A DNA stretch of 64,000 bases from Planctomycetota bacterium (GTDB taxonomy: Bacteria; Planctomycetota; UBA1135; UBA2386). This document shows, in pieces, positions 46,190 to 54,953 of this stretch (its first letter is position 1; each line of letters begins with the position of its first letter). The notes beneath the pieces are model-generated. The model saw only the letters and a list, made by a program, of their open reading frames with translations, made no database searches and was not told the DNA's origin. Both the position numbers and the translations under genes were made by a program. The stretch lies in assembly GCA_029936315.1 (NCBI GenBank), contig JAPYTD010000006.1:16442-80441 (forward strand). The letters are read 5' to 3'.

Positions 46190-47461
46190 CTACTGGGGCA
46201 GCAGTGGCGGCTTGCCCGTCGCGTCCTCGGGCAGCGAGAACTTCTTGCCGCGTTTTGTGCTCCGGATCGCGAAGTTGCCGTGTTGCAAGAAGAAGCGGCC
46301 ATTGCGCACGCCGCCGCGCCGATCGGAGCGAAGCTTGCCGTGGCCATCGTGCGAGAAGCTGGCGGAGCGCACCGAAAGCCACTCGCCCGCCTTGTCGCGC
46401 AGCCAGATATTGCCGTAGTCGCACTGCCGATCGCGGTCGCCGTTGGCACCGCTGAAGTTCTCGCTAAACGAATAGAGGCTGTGCAGGTGCTTGCCGTCGC
46501 GCGGCGCCTTGAAGCTCGCGACGAGTTGCCACGCATCAGCCGCGTCCGGTTTGCCACCCTTGGGAATGTGTGAGAACCAACCCGTGTAGGTCGTGTGCGT
46601 GCCCTGTGGCTCTGCATGCACCAGGAAGCGAATCGTGTCGCCCAACTTCCAGTCGTGCACGAGGTGACTGTGGCCGCCGGTGCCTTCGTTGCCAAAGCCG
46701 CCGGCGTAGACGCCGTCACCCTTGCGCACAAGTTGCACCAGGTCTTCGGCCTTCACCTTCTTGCGATCGACGGCTTCGTTGCCGGAGTCCCAGACACTGA
46801 AGATCACACGACGCTCGGTCTTGGAGTTGACCTGCATGCCGAAGTAGCCGCGGTGCCAACCGGTCGCCATGTAGTAGGTCCACAGCGGATCAGTCTTCGG
46901 AGTCAGTTCGCAGTAGAACCACTCGATGTCGTCCTGGTGTTCTCTTGGCGCCTTGTAGCTCAAGTGCACCGAGGACGCGTTGCGGCGCTCGACCGTGACT
47001 GCACGAAGGGGGCACCCGCTGAGCACGATGGCCTGCAGGTTCTGTAGGGCACTGCCGTCGGTTGTCTTGATGACGAGCTTGTGCACTCCGGGAAGATGCA
47101 GGCCAAACGTGCCGATCCAAGCCTTGCCGGCGCCCTGCGGTAGTTGTGTTTTGACGCGGGCAGGAGTGTTGCCGGGGTGGGGCCCGACGTTGATCTCGAC
47201 CGTGGCCGCTTTGGCGTTGCCGACCCGTTCGATCTCAACCTTCACCTGGCCGGGGGTCGCGCACTCAAAGTAGTAGTGCAGCTCGCCCTTGCACTCGCGC
47301 ACGACGCCAGTCTTGTGATTGCGTTTGGCGGCCCGTGCATCGGGATACGCGTAGCCACAGAAGGCTGGGATGCTCAGGCTTGCTTGCTTCTCTTGTGCGT
47401 AACTCGGAGTCGCCGCGAACAGAATTGCAGCGAGGGCGAAATGACTGGCTGAGGTGTGCAC
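46190..47461 (-). CDS. Exported DUF5077/DUF3472-like protein
   Basis: Signal peptide ALAAILFAATPSYAQE. The central region WHRGYFGMQVNSKTERRVIFSVWDSG...GGFGNEGTGGHS resembles DUF3472 as I recall it. Confidence 0.6.
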   Translation of the reverse strand: MHTSASHFALAAILFAATPSYAQEKQASLSIPAFCGYAYPDARAAKRNHKTGVVRECKGELHYYFECATPGQVKVEIERVGNAKAATVEINVGPHPGNTPARVKTQLPQGAGKAWIGTFGLHLPGVHKLVIKTTDGSALQNLQAIVLSGCPLRAVTVERRNASSVHLSYKAPREHQDDIEWFYCELTPKTDPLWTYYMATGWHRGYFGMQVNSKTERRVIFSVWDSGNEAVDRKKVKAEDLVQLVRKGDGVYAGGFGNEGTGGHSHLVHDWKLGDTIRFLVHAEPQGTHTTYTGWFSHIPKGGKPDAADAWQLVASFKAPRDGKHLHSLYSFSENFSGANGDRDRQCDYGNIWLRDKAGEWLSVRSASFSHDGHGKLRSDRRGGVRNGRFFLQHGNFAIRSTKRGKKFSLPEDATGKPPLLPQ

Positions 47462-47483
47462 GGCGTCAGTCTACGCTTTTGTG

Positions 47484-48665
47484 ATGCAGAGACGATGCTT
47501 GGCGTTCTCACTGTTGGCTGCCGCCCTGTGCGCGTCACTTGCTGGCCAAGGAGATGGTGCGAAGGTAGCCCGCGGGTGCGATGTCGAAGCCCTCAACAAG
47601 GCCGCCGCTTCGATCGAGCAACTGATCGCCAAGCACGAAGTCTGCGGGGCGGTCGTGATGGTCTCGTACTGTGGCTCGCCAGTCTTGCATGAAGCGTTTG
47701 GCTTTCGCGATGTGCACGGCAAGACGCCAATGCAGAAGGACACGCTGTTTCGCATGGCGTCCAACACCAAGGCGATTACTGCAGCCGCTGTGTTGACGCT
47801 CGTCGACGAAGGCAAGGTCGGGCTCGACGACCCGATCAGCAAGTGGTTCCCGACGTGGGTTGCAGGCGAAGCCGAGAAGATCACTGTGCGGCAGTTGTTG
47901 ACGCACTCAAGTGGCCTGCGCATCAGCAGCCTGTTCATGCGGCCGTTGATGAAGAAGTCCGAGAAGCATCCTGATGCACCCAGCCTCGTGCTCGAGTGCG
48001 CGCGCTTCGGCAAGGTTGGTCCGAAGGAAGAGCCCGGAACGACCTATAGCTACAGCAACCCTGGCTACAACACGCTCGCGGGACTTGTCGAAGTCGTCAC
48101 TGGCACGAGCTTCGAGCAGTACTGCACTGAGCGATTCTACAAACCGCTTGGCATGGTCGACACCAACAACCACGAGTCGCGTGCCGACCTCGATCGCATG
48201 TCGGTCGTTGTGCGCGGCCGCAGCAAGGCACGCTGGAACGCACGCTGGAACGCACGCTGGTCACCCGGCGATCGTGCGACGATGCCGTTCGTTCGCGGCT
48301 CCGGTGGACTGATCTCAACGGCCACCGACTACGAGAAGTTTTGCCGCATGGTTCTGATCGGCGGCAGCGTCGGCGCCAAACGCCTGCTGTCGACCGAACT
48401 GGTCAACGAGGCCACCAAGAACCAGATCCCACACATCGAAGGTGGTCGCTACGGCTTCGGCTGGCGCATCGATCCGGACGGTGCGTTTTCCCACGGCGGC
48501 TCCGACGGGACGTTTATCTGGTGCGATCCGGCGCGCGATCTGGTGGGCATGGTGTTGACCCAGACTCAGGGCAGCAAGGCCCTCGCGCCAGCCCGGAAAC
48601 GCTTCCGCAAGCTCGTAACTGTTGCCTGCACTCCCGTCGAGGCCATCCGCAGAGCGCCGCGGTGA
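47484..48665 (+). CDS. Serine hydrolase of the beta-lactamase (class C / penicillin-binding) fold, exported
   Basis: The ATG at 47484 gives signal MQRRCLAFSLLAAALCASLAG. It carries the SxxK motif FRMASNTKAIT and a YSN motif (YSYSNPGY). Confidence 0.85.
   Translation: MQRRCLAFSLLAAALCASLAGQGDGAKVARGCDVEALNKAAASIEQLIAKHEVCGAVVMVSYCGSPVLHEAFGFRDVHGKTPMQKDTLFRMASNTKAITAAAVLTLVDEGKVGLDDPISKWFPTWVAGEAEKITVRQLLTHSSGLRISSLFMRPLMKKSEKHPDAPSLVLECARFGKVGPKEEPGTTYSYSNPGYNTLAGLVEVVTGTSFEQYCTERFYKPLGMVDTNNHESRADLDRMSVVVRGRSKARWNARWNARWSPGDRATMPFVRGSGGLISTATDYEKFCRMVLIGGSVGAKRLLSTELVNEATKNQIPHIEGGRYGFGWRIDPDGAFSHGGSDGTFIWCDPARDLVGMVLTQTQGSKALAPARKRFRKLVTVACTPVEAIRRAPR
48229..48261 (+). repeat. In-frame 12-nt tandem repeat (about 2.75 copies) inside the hydrolase gene
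   Basis: GCACGCTGGAAC GCACGCTGGAAC GCACGCTGG encodes ARWN-ARWN-ARW. Confidence 0.85.
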
Positions 48666-48768
48666 ACTTGTCGGCATCGCCTGTTCATGCTTGCCGGAAG
48701 GGCCTCCGTTGCTACCATTCCGCGTCCCCCATGGAGCCTTGCTGGGCTCCTCAAGTTGGCTCATAAGT

Positions 48769-48845
48769 CGGAGCGTGGCGCAGCCTGGTAGCGCACCTGC
48801 CTGGGGGGCAGGTGGTCGGAGGTTCAAATCCTCTCGCTCCGACCA
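48769..48845 (+). tRNA. tRNA-Pro (anticodon GGG), with encoded CCA
   Basis: CGGAGCG acceptor stem paired with CGCTCCG. D-arm is GCGCAGCCTGGTAGCGC. The anticodon stem-loop is CCTGC-CTGGGGG-GCAGG, placing GGG at the anticodon position. T-arm is GGAGGTTCAAATCCTCT, followed by ACCA. Confidence 0.9.
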
Positions 48846-48954
48846 TTCCGCCAAAGGCGGTATGCACGGCGCGACAGGCTTTGGGGATGTCGCGTGCCAC
48901 TGCTGCGCAGCGACTCGCATGCACCGGCAAATCCTGTTGGCCCGGCCGTCGCAA

Positions 48955-49386
48955 TCAGACCTGCTTGTAGACCTTGGCGAGGCTCTCGCCGTGCACGTCG
49001 AGTTGCCACTCGCAGAAGTAGCCGAATGGCGTGTTCTTGACCGTGTAGCTGGTGTTGGTCAGGCGCTCGGACAACTCCACCAAGAACGCCTGGGCGAACT
49101 CAGGCGAGGCGTTTTGGCCGCCGAGGTGCGTGAATGAGTGCAGCACGATGTTCTTGTAGTCACGTTTGTTCGCGAGCCACTTGACGTGTTTCAGCGTGTG
49201 CCGAAACACACGGGCGCGTTCTTCGGGCGGCTCGTCTTGGCTCTCAGCGTGGGCGAACACAACGACGCAGTCGTGCATCTCGTCATCGATGGTGACATCG
49301 GCGACCTTGTCGCCACCGATTTCGTCGAGCGTCTTCCGGAAGCTCTTCCAGCCGAAGTGCCGCGCTTGGAAGCAGAGCAGCTTCAT
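48955..49386 (-). CDS. Free-standing archaeal-type ThrRS editing-domain-like protein (tRNA-Thr_ED / DTD-like fold)
   Basis: The ATG at 49386 gives 143 aa: MKLLCFQARHFGWKSF..CVVVFAHAE..NIVLHSFTHLGG..ASPEFAQ..TPFGYFCEWQLDVHGESLAK. From memory this is co-linear with the N-terminal editing domain of archaeal ThrRS (..LIHSDYIEYE..VAFISVE..VFVYPFAHLS..APFGYYKAF..KGHPL). Confidence 0.55.
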   Translation of the reverse strand: MKLLCFQARHFGWKSFRKTLDEIGGDKVADVTIDDEMHDCVVVFAHAESQDEPPEERARVFRHTLKHVKWLANKRDYKNIVLHSFTHLGGQNASPEFAQAFLVELSERLTNTSYTVKNTPFGYFCEWQLDVHGESLAKVYKQV

Positions 49387-50219
49387 CGTTGGCGGCGACG
49401 CCTCGGCCTCCAAGTTGCTTCGAACGTGCGCGTTTCCGCATCGCGCGGTTTGTCCGCAACGATGAGAGAGCGTGAGGTCGCGTTTTTGGCAAAGAACGTA
49501 AACACGTCGAGCACGCGCGCACCCTTCTTGCCGGCGACGAGGTCGTGGATGTTCTCGCGCTTTTTGCCGAGTGACGAGAAGCGGCCCGGAAGGATCAGGT
49601 CGTCGCGCGTCTCGCGAATCTCAAAGGTGTCGGGTGAATCAATCGCTGGCACGTTGCCTTGGAAGTCGTAGTTGCGAATGCGCGCTTCGCCTTCGAGGCC
49701 CATGATCACGCCGTTGTAGTTGAGGTGGTCGTGGTGCGAGAAGCCCTTGCCTGGCTTGAGGTGTATCGCCATGACACCAATCGGGAAGCGCTCCCCTTGC
49801 TTGCGATGCTGCTTCGAGAACTTGCGCATGGCGTCACGAATCGGCGCCTTGGGATCGCGCAACCGACTCATCGCTGCGGCGACCGTCATCAGGTAGGCCT
49901 GTTCGTCCTCACCCTTCGAGTCGACCAGGCGACGAGCTTGCGGGTAGAGCTGCTCAAGGAACTCGGCGTGCGTCAATTTGCCCATGCCCTCCTGTGGCCC
50001 CGTGCGGTCTGGTGGCGTTGGCGCTGGCTTGGGGTCTTGGGCGGGCAGAGAAACTGCGCCGACGAGCATCGAGCTCACGGCGGCGGCCGATAGCCACAGG
50101 ATGCTGCGCCGTTCGATGACGACTCCGTCTTCGATCTCGACACCACATTCCGTGTCCTGGACCGCGCAGCGTTCATCGTCGCTAAGTAGCGTCTCATCGT
50201 CTCGGCCGAAGTAGCTCAT
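49383..50219 (-). CDS. Cupin-domain protein with a Tat-like signal
   Basis: RRSILWLSAAAVSSMLVGAVSLPA is a twin-arginine-like signal. The cupin metal motif is GKGFSHHDH (G-x5-H-x-H). Its stop overlaps the start of the downstream gene by 4 nt. The start is uncertain. Confidence 0.55.
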   Translation of the reverse strand: MSYFGRDDETLLSDDERCAVQDTECGVEIEDGVVIERRSILWLSAAAVSSMLVGAVSLPAQDPKPAPTPPDRTGPQEGMGKLTHAEFLEQLYPQARRLVDSKGEDEQAYLMTVAAAMSRLRDPKAPIRDAMRKFSKQHRKQGERFPIGVMAIHLKPGKGFSHHDHLNYNGVIMGLEGEARIRNYDFQGNVPAIDSPDTFEIRETRDDLILPGRFSSLGKKRENIHDLVAGKKGARVLDVFTFFAKNATSRSLIVADKPRDAETRTFEATWRPRRRRQR

Positions 50220-50283
50220 GCCGGGATCCTACCGTGAGATGGCTCGTCACACGTTGACTTCGCGGTCGGATCAGATCCACTGC

Positions 50284-51585
50284 ATGCCGATGACTGCCCG
50301 AGATGTACCGATTCTGTTTGGCGATGGCCGGCTTTCGCTGCGTGTGCCATCGTCGGCGGACATCCTGACCGGGCCGGTCATCCCTGTTCTCGCGGATCCG
50401 GCAGACGCCGTGACAACAGCTTTGCGCAGCCCAATCGGTAGCCCGTCGCTGCGTGCGATTGCCGAATCGAGGCAGCCGAGTTCGGTCGTGATCACGATGA
50501 GTGACATCACGCGGCCGGTTCCGAACGAACTGCTGATCACGGCGATCCTCGCGGAACTCAATGCGACCGGCATCCCGGACAGTGCGTGCACGATCTTGAT
50601 CGCGACGGGCATGCATCGTGCGTCGACACGCAAAGAGCGTGAGATCATGCTCGGCAAAGATCTGTTGCGCCGGTGTCGGGTCGTCGATCACGAGTCGGAC
50701 CAACCAGAGACCCTGGTGCAGATCAGCGAAGAACCGCCGGTCGGCATCAACCGCATCTATGCCGATGCGGACCTCAAGATCGTGACTGGTTTGATCGAGC
50801 CGCATTTCATGGCGGGCTACTCTGGCGGTCGCAAGGGCATCTGTCCTGGGTTGGTCGACATGCGCACGGTGCAACGCTTCCACGGCCACAAGACGATGGG
50901 GGACCCGGATGCCGTCGAGGGCAAGTTGCTCGGCAACCCATGCCATGAGATCGCGATGCAGGTCGTTGCCTTGACCAGCTGCGACTTCTTGGTGAACGCG
51001 GCGATCACCAACAACCGTGAGTTGGCCGGCGTGTTTGCCGGCGACTTGTTTGCCGCCCACGAGCAAGGCTGCAAGCAGGTCTCTGTGTGGACGTCGGCAA
51101 AGGTCGAACAACCCTACGATCTGGTGGTGCAGTCTGCCGGTGGCTACCCGCTCGACCAGAGTTTCTACCAGACGGTCAAAGGCATGGTCACGGCATTGCC
51201 CGCGCTGCACGAGGGCTCGACGTTGTTGATGTGCTCGGCGTGCACGGAGGTCGGTTCGCCCGAATACACCGAGTTGATGTTGCAGCGTGGCAGCGACTAC
51301 CGCGGGTTCTTGGATCACATAAAGGCGACCGAGGTTACCCAGAAGGACCAGTGGCAGTTCCAGATGCAGACGCGCGTGTTGGATCGCGTCGGTGTCACCG
51401 GGCTTGTGATGGCGAACGATGGGTTGCCGCTGGACGTGCAGCAGGGTCTCGCTGTGACGCCGGCTGTTGGCAGTGGCGATGCGCCGCAGCGAGCGCAGGC
51501 GCTGATCGATGCCTACGTTGCCCGAGCGCCGGATGCGCGGATCGCGATCATTCCGGACGGTCCTTACACGATGTTGCGCAACTAA
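50284..51585 (+). CDS. LarA-like (lactate racemase / DUF2088) domain protein
   Basis: DITRPVPNELL, ATGMHR and GLIEPHFMAGYSGGRKGICPG are LarA-family motifs. I chose the ATG at 50284 because the track start at 50218 would overlap the divergent gene start. Confidence 0.8.
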   Translation: MPMTARDVPILFGDGRLSLRVPSSADILTGPVIPVLADPADAVTTALRSPIGSPSLRAIAESRQPSSVVITMSDITRPVPNELLITAILAELNATGIPDSACTILIATGMHRASTRKEREIMLGKDLLRRCRVVDHESDQPETLVQISEEPPVGINRIYADADLKIVTGLIEPHFMAGYSGGRKGICPGLVDMRTVQRFHGHKTMGDPDAVEGKLLGNPCHEIAMQVVALTSCDFLVNAAITNNRELAGVFAGDLFAAHEQGCKQVSVWTSAKVEQPYDLVVQSAGGYPLDQSFYQTVKGMVTALPALHEGSTLLMCSACTEVGSPEYTELMLQRGSDYRGFLDHIKATEVTQKDQWQFQMQTRVLDRVGVTGLVMANDGLPLDVQQGLAVTPAVGSGDAPQRAQALIDAYVARAPDARIAIIPDGPYTMLRN

Positions 51586-51644
51586 GCCGTGAACTGGCAG
51601 TCTGCTGTGGAACGCGCGCGTTTGCGCCCTACCATGCTCGCCCA

Positions 51645-52187
51645 ATGAACCTGACTCAGCTTGTCGATTTCCTCCTTAAGTGGCGGGATACGAACCCCAA
51701 TGGAACGAAGAAGGCGTTGGCTGCGGCGGTGACTGCGCAATCTGATCTGCGTCTCGACAAGGCACTGTTGGTCGGCGCTGAGTGCGTGCTGCGCATCAAC
51801 CAGATGCAGCAAGCCGGCGACGACTCCTACGCCGTCGCCGCCTTGCACAAGCTGTGTGAATACGATGATCGGCCGATTGTGGTGTGCTTGCTGACGACGC
51901 GCGGCATGCGCTTGTTGTTGGCCAACACGTCGTTGATCGAGAAGGTCTCGGAACGTTCGTATCGTTTGGCGAACGAGAACCTGACTGGCAGCGTGCTCGA
52001 TACGGACATCCTGGCGGCGCTCGATGGGATCGCCAATCTGCCGGACAACTTCGAGAAGCTGTGGACTGCCCACCAGGCGAGTGATCGCATCGCCAACATC
52101 GAGCGCATTGTCGGCACGACGCAGGCGATGCACGCGGTGTCCGCCGCCGAGAACCCCGGTAGCGTCAAGCCCCGTACTTCTCGCTAA
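51645..52187 (+). CDS. Hypothetical protein
   Basis: The ATG at 51645 (MNLTQLVDFLLKWRD..) gives 180 aa with protein-like composition. The upstream part of track ORF 51087..52187 overlaps larA in another frame. No family recognised. Confidence 0.5.
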   Translation: MNLTQLVDFLLKWRDTNPNGTKKALAAAVTAQSDLRLDKALLVGAECVLRINQMQQAGDDSYAVAALHKLCEYDDRPIVVCLLTTRGMRLLLANTSLIEKVSERSYRLANENLTGSVLDTDILAALDGIANLPDNFEKLWTAHQASDRIANIERIVGTTQAMHAVSAAENPGSVKPRTSR

Positions 52188-52217
52188 GCGGTCTACTTCT
52201 GCGGAGCGATGTGCAAG

Positions 52218-52871
52218 TCACCGATGTCGGTGAGCACGGCGGTCGCTTCTGGCAAAGCGCGGCAGGAAAAACTGCACCAGAGGCCCAATGCTGATCGCGA
52301 ACCATGCGGTGCCGAATCCGATCGAGCCGCCGAGGAAGATGCCGATCGTCATGACGCTGACTTCGAGGATCGTGCGCACCTTCCACACCGCAAACCCTCG
52401 CTTGGCGAACCCGGTCATGATGCCGTCACGTGGGCCCGGGCCGAGGCCGCCACCGATGTAGAGCCCCGATGCGATTGCAATCAGCACAGGACCGGCGGTT
52501 GTTAGCGCAATGCGCGCCCACATCGCTTCCGGTTGCTGTAACCAGCTGAGTGTCCAGTCGACTGAGATGCCGATCAGCAGTGCGTTAAGGACAGTGCCAA
52601 GGCCGACTTTCTCGCGCAGTGGTATGAACGCGAGCACCACGACAATGCCGGTCACGATGATCGCAACGCCGAGGCTGATGCCGCTGACCCGCGCGAGGCC
52701 TTGGTGGAACACGTCCCACGGTGCCGTGCCGAGGCCGCCGGCGACCATCAAGGCGATGCCTACGCCAAACAGTCCTAGGCCGAGTACGACTTGCGGGAGC
52801 CGCCGTAACGTGTCGCGCCACGGCCGCAAGATCAGCATGCGCGAGAGCATGTTGTTGGTGGTGCTCACCAA
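52218..52871 (-). CDS. YczE/YyaS/YitT-like integral membrane protein
   Basis: Six hydrophobic segments. LGLGLFGVGIALMVAGGLGTAPWDVFHQGLARVSGISLG is the pattern I associate with the YczE family. Confidence 0.6.
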   Translation of the reverse strand: MVSTTNNMLSRMLILRPWRDTLRRLPQVVLGLGLFGVGIALMVAGGLGTAPWDVFHQGLARVSGISLGVAIIVTGIVVVLAFIPLREKVGLGTVLNALLIGISVDWTLSWLQQPEAMWARIALTTAGPVLIAIASGLYIGGGLGPGPRDGIMTGFAKRGFAVWKVRTILEVSVMTIGIFLGGSIGFGTAWFAISIGPLVQFFLPRFARSDRRAHRHR

Positions 52872-53116
52872 CTACTCGCCTTGACCTTGCTCTGCGGACA
52901 TCGATGGCAGATCGTAGCCACGTAGTGGCTGCGACTGCCAGAGCGATGCAGAGTTGCGGCGCGGCCATTGCATGCGCAGGTGCCAGACCTGCTTGCCCAG
53001 CGGACCGTCGGCGATGGCCTGTGTGGCCGAAAACAGGATGCTGATCAGCGAGCAGGTTGCGATGGTGCGTGGTCGTGGTGTTCGTAGTGTCCTGTGATTG
53101 ATGCACTCTCCGCAGG

Positions 53117-54139
53117 TCACGCAGGCCTGAGCGCAATCGCATCGAAGCGCACCTGGGTCTCCGCCCAGTGGTGTTTGTAATCCATGGCGGGGCCCATGTC
53201 GTAGCGGGCGACTCCCTCTTCGCACAGCCAGCGTAGTTGTTCCATCTGGAGCAAACTGCCGATGGATGCTGACCGCCACTCGTCGTCAAAGCTGAACTGC
53301 TGTCCGCGATAGCTGCTGCCCTCCGGCGAGCTATCGCATAGGCCACCGAGGATGAAACCGATGTCGCTGTCCTCGTGGCGTGCGAAGATCACGCGACTGG
53401 TGCGTCTTGCAGCCATGCGGTGCAGCATCGCCGCGTAGAATTCGCGTGACGGCGAGTTGTTCATTCCGCACTTGCCGATGCCTTTCCAACTGCGTTGTTC
53501 CACCGCCTGGATGCGCGCGTAGACCGCGTCGACCTCTTCGGAAGTGCCCGCGGCGTGCCGCTCAAACGACACGCCGCGCTCGTTTGCGCGACGTTCCGAA
53601 TTGCGAGTTGACCGCCGCAGTTTGGCCGAACGACGAGACAAGTAGCAATCGAAGCCATCACTCAGGTCGGCCCGGCAAGCCGTCTCGGACATGATGTGCA
53701 GGATGTCGTAGCGGTGTTCGAACGTGGCGACGATCTGCCGCATCACCTCTCCCTCGAGGTCAATACCACTCAGGACTACAGGCGTATGCGGATGCGATTC
53801 GAGCAACCGGGCCAGCATCGGCACGGCTCCTGGACCGAGCAGTGGGCAGCCAAATAGCCAGCTGGATTCGATTGGTTCGAACAACGGTCCGGCAGTAGTT
53901 TCGGCGTGACGCGCGAGCGCGACCACGCTGTCGTCATCGTGCGCGACCCACAGTTGTCGGCCGGGCGCGAACGTCTCGTGGAACGACAGTTGCCATTCGG
54001 TACGACAACAGAATGGCTCGGCGTGCGCGGCCGTATCGATGGCGCGGTTCCAGGCGGAATCCGGGTGATCGAACTCTGATAAGTTCGTGATCATGCGTGG
54101 GTTGTTGCCACGGCCGCCGCCAGTTGCTGGCGCGGCCAT
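53117..54139 (-). CDS. GNAT-fold acetyltransferase of the FemAB/CelD-like type (Acetyltransf_6-like)
   Basis: The central region YLSRRSAKLRRSTRNSERRANERGVSFE and the C-terminal FARHEDSDIGFILGG...YRGQQFSFDDEW resemble the BioF2-like/CelD acetyltransferase domain. An alternative start is the ATG at 54094. Confidence 0.65.
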   Translation of the reverse strand: MAAPATGGGRGNNPRMITNLSEFDHPDSAWNRAIDTAAHAEPFCCRTEWQLSFHETFAPGRQLWVAHDDDSVVALARHAETTAGPLFEPIESSWLFGCPLLGPGAVPMLARLLESHPHTPVVLSGIDLEGEVMRQIVATFEHRYDILHIMSETACRADLSDGFDCYLSRRSAKLRRSTRNSERRANERGVSFERHAAGTSEEVDAVYARIQAVEQRSWKGIGKCGMNNSPSREFYAAMLHRMAARRTSRVIFARHEDSDIGFILGGLCDSSPEGSSYRGQQFSFDDEWRSASIGSLLQMEQLRWLCEEGVARYDMGPAMDYKHHWAETQVRFDAIALRPA

Positions 54140-54177
54140 GCATGTGGAGGCGAGTCGAATGTCGACTCAGCGAACTC

Positions 54178-54711
54178 CTACTTTTCCTTCTTGGCGGCGA
54201 CGGTGACCGGCACGGTCACAGCCTTGTCGCCAAACGTGATCGCGATCGAGCACGTGCCCTTCTTGGCCGACGGCTCAAGGCTGACCTTGAGGCATGCGCT
54301 CTTGGTCTTGATGTCGGTCAATGCCATGCGCCAGCGGATCGGCTCGCCATCGGCGGGCTTGAGGTTGAGCAACCAGCCAGCATCCTTGTGCACCGTGAAG
54401 TACATCGAGTATTCGCCCGCCGGGACCTTGCGGCCAGCGGCTGCTAGATCGCAGGAAGTCTTGACGCTGCCGATCGGCGTGCTGGCGGCAAACTTGTTGA
54501 AGCGCTCGTGGCGATCGGCGTTGTCCTTGATCTTCTGCCAGGCGCCTTCACCAAAGCGGATGGCCGTGTAGTTGACTTCCAGCTTGTTCTGGCCCATCTC
54601 GATGGTGTTCGAGACCTTTGGCGCGCCGCGGTTGATGCTGCCGCTGATTTGAGCTTGCAGGCCACACGTCATCAGTGCGGCGCAGGTGAGTGCGATAACA
54701 GACTTCATCAT
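54178..54711 (-). CDS. Hypothetical exported protein (DUF2911-like)
   Basis: The ATG at 54711 gives signal MMKSVIALTCAALMTCGLQAQ. The beta-rich body contains the AAGRKVPAGEYSMYFTV motif, which resembles DUF2911. Confidence 0.45.
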   Translation of the reverse strand: MMKSVIALTCAALMTCGLQAQISGSINRGAPKVSNTIEMGQNKLEVNYTAIRFGEGAWQKIKDNADRHERFNKFAASTPIGSVKTSCDLAAAGRKVPAGEYSMYFTVHKDAGWLLNLKPADGEPIRWRMALTDIKTKSACLKVSLEPSAKKGTCSIAITFGDKAVTVPVTVAAKKEK

Positions 54712-54953
54712 GATTGGATCCTTTCGTTCAGTAGTGGTGTCGAAGTGGGGCAAGAGTCTAGCGAACGGGTGGCGATGATTGCGCGAATCCTGACAATTGG
54801 CGCGCCGCGAATCGGTCCGAGTTATTGGGAACACACGCAAGCAAGTTCGTAGGTGCGCACGTAAGCCATGCCGTGTGCGGCATCCATGCCGGGAGTTGTG
54901 GCAGCAGTGTCTCAGCGCCTTACGCGCGCCCCGGATCTGGCTGCATCACACCA

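Noticed and set aside
46155-46195. Three copies of ACTACTGG spaced 11-14 nt apart near the DUF3472-like gene stop.
   Set aside because: The repeats are short and imperfectly spaced, and they overlap the 3' end of a coding region. No associated structure or partner element was seen.
51611-51622. 12-nt perfect palindrome AACGCGCGCGTT between the larA-like gene and the next ORF, considered as an operator or terminator.
   Set aside because: CG-repeat palindromes arise readily in GC-rich DNA. It would form only a 4-bp stem with a 4-nt loop and has no U-tract. There is no second copy in the window.
48846-52217. Genomic island integrated at tRNA-Pro (tRNA followed by unusual genes: Thr-ED-like, cupin, LarA-like, hypothetical).
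   Set aside because: There is no integrase, recombinase or mobility gene. I could not find a direct repeat of the tRNA 3' end downstream by eye, and there is no obvious compositional shift.
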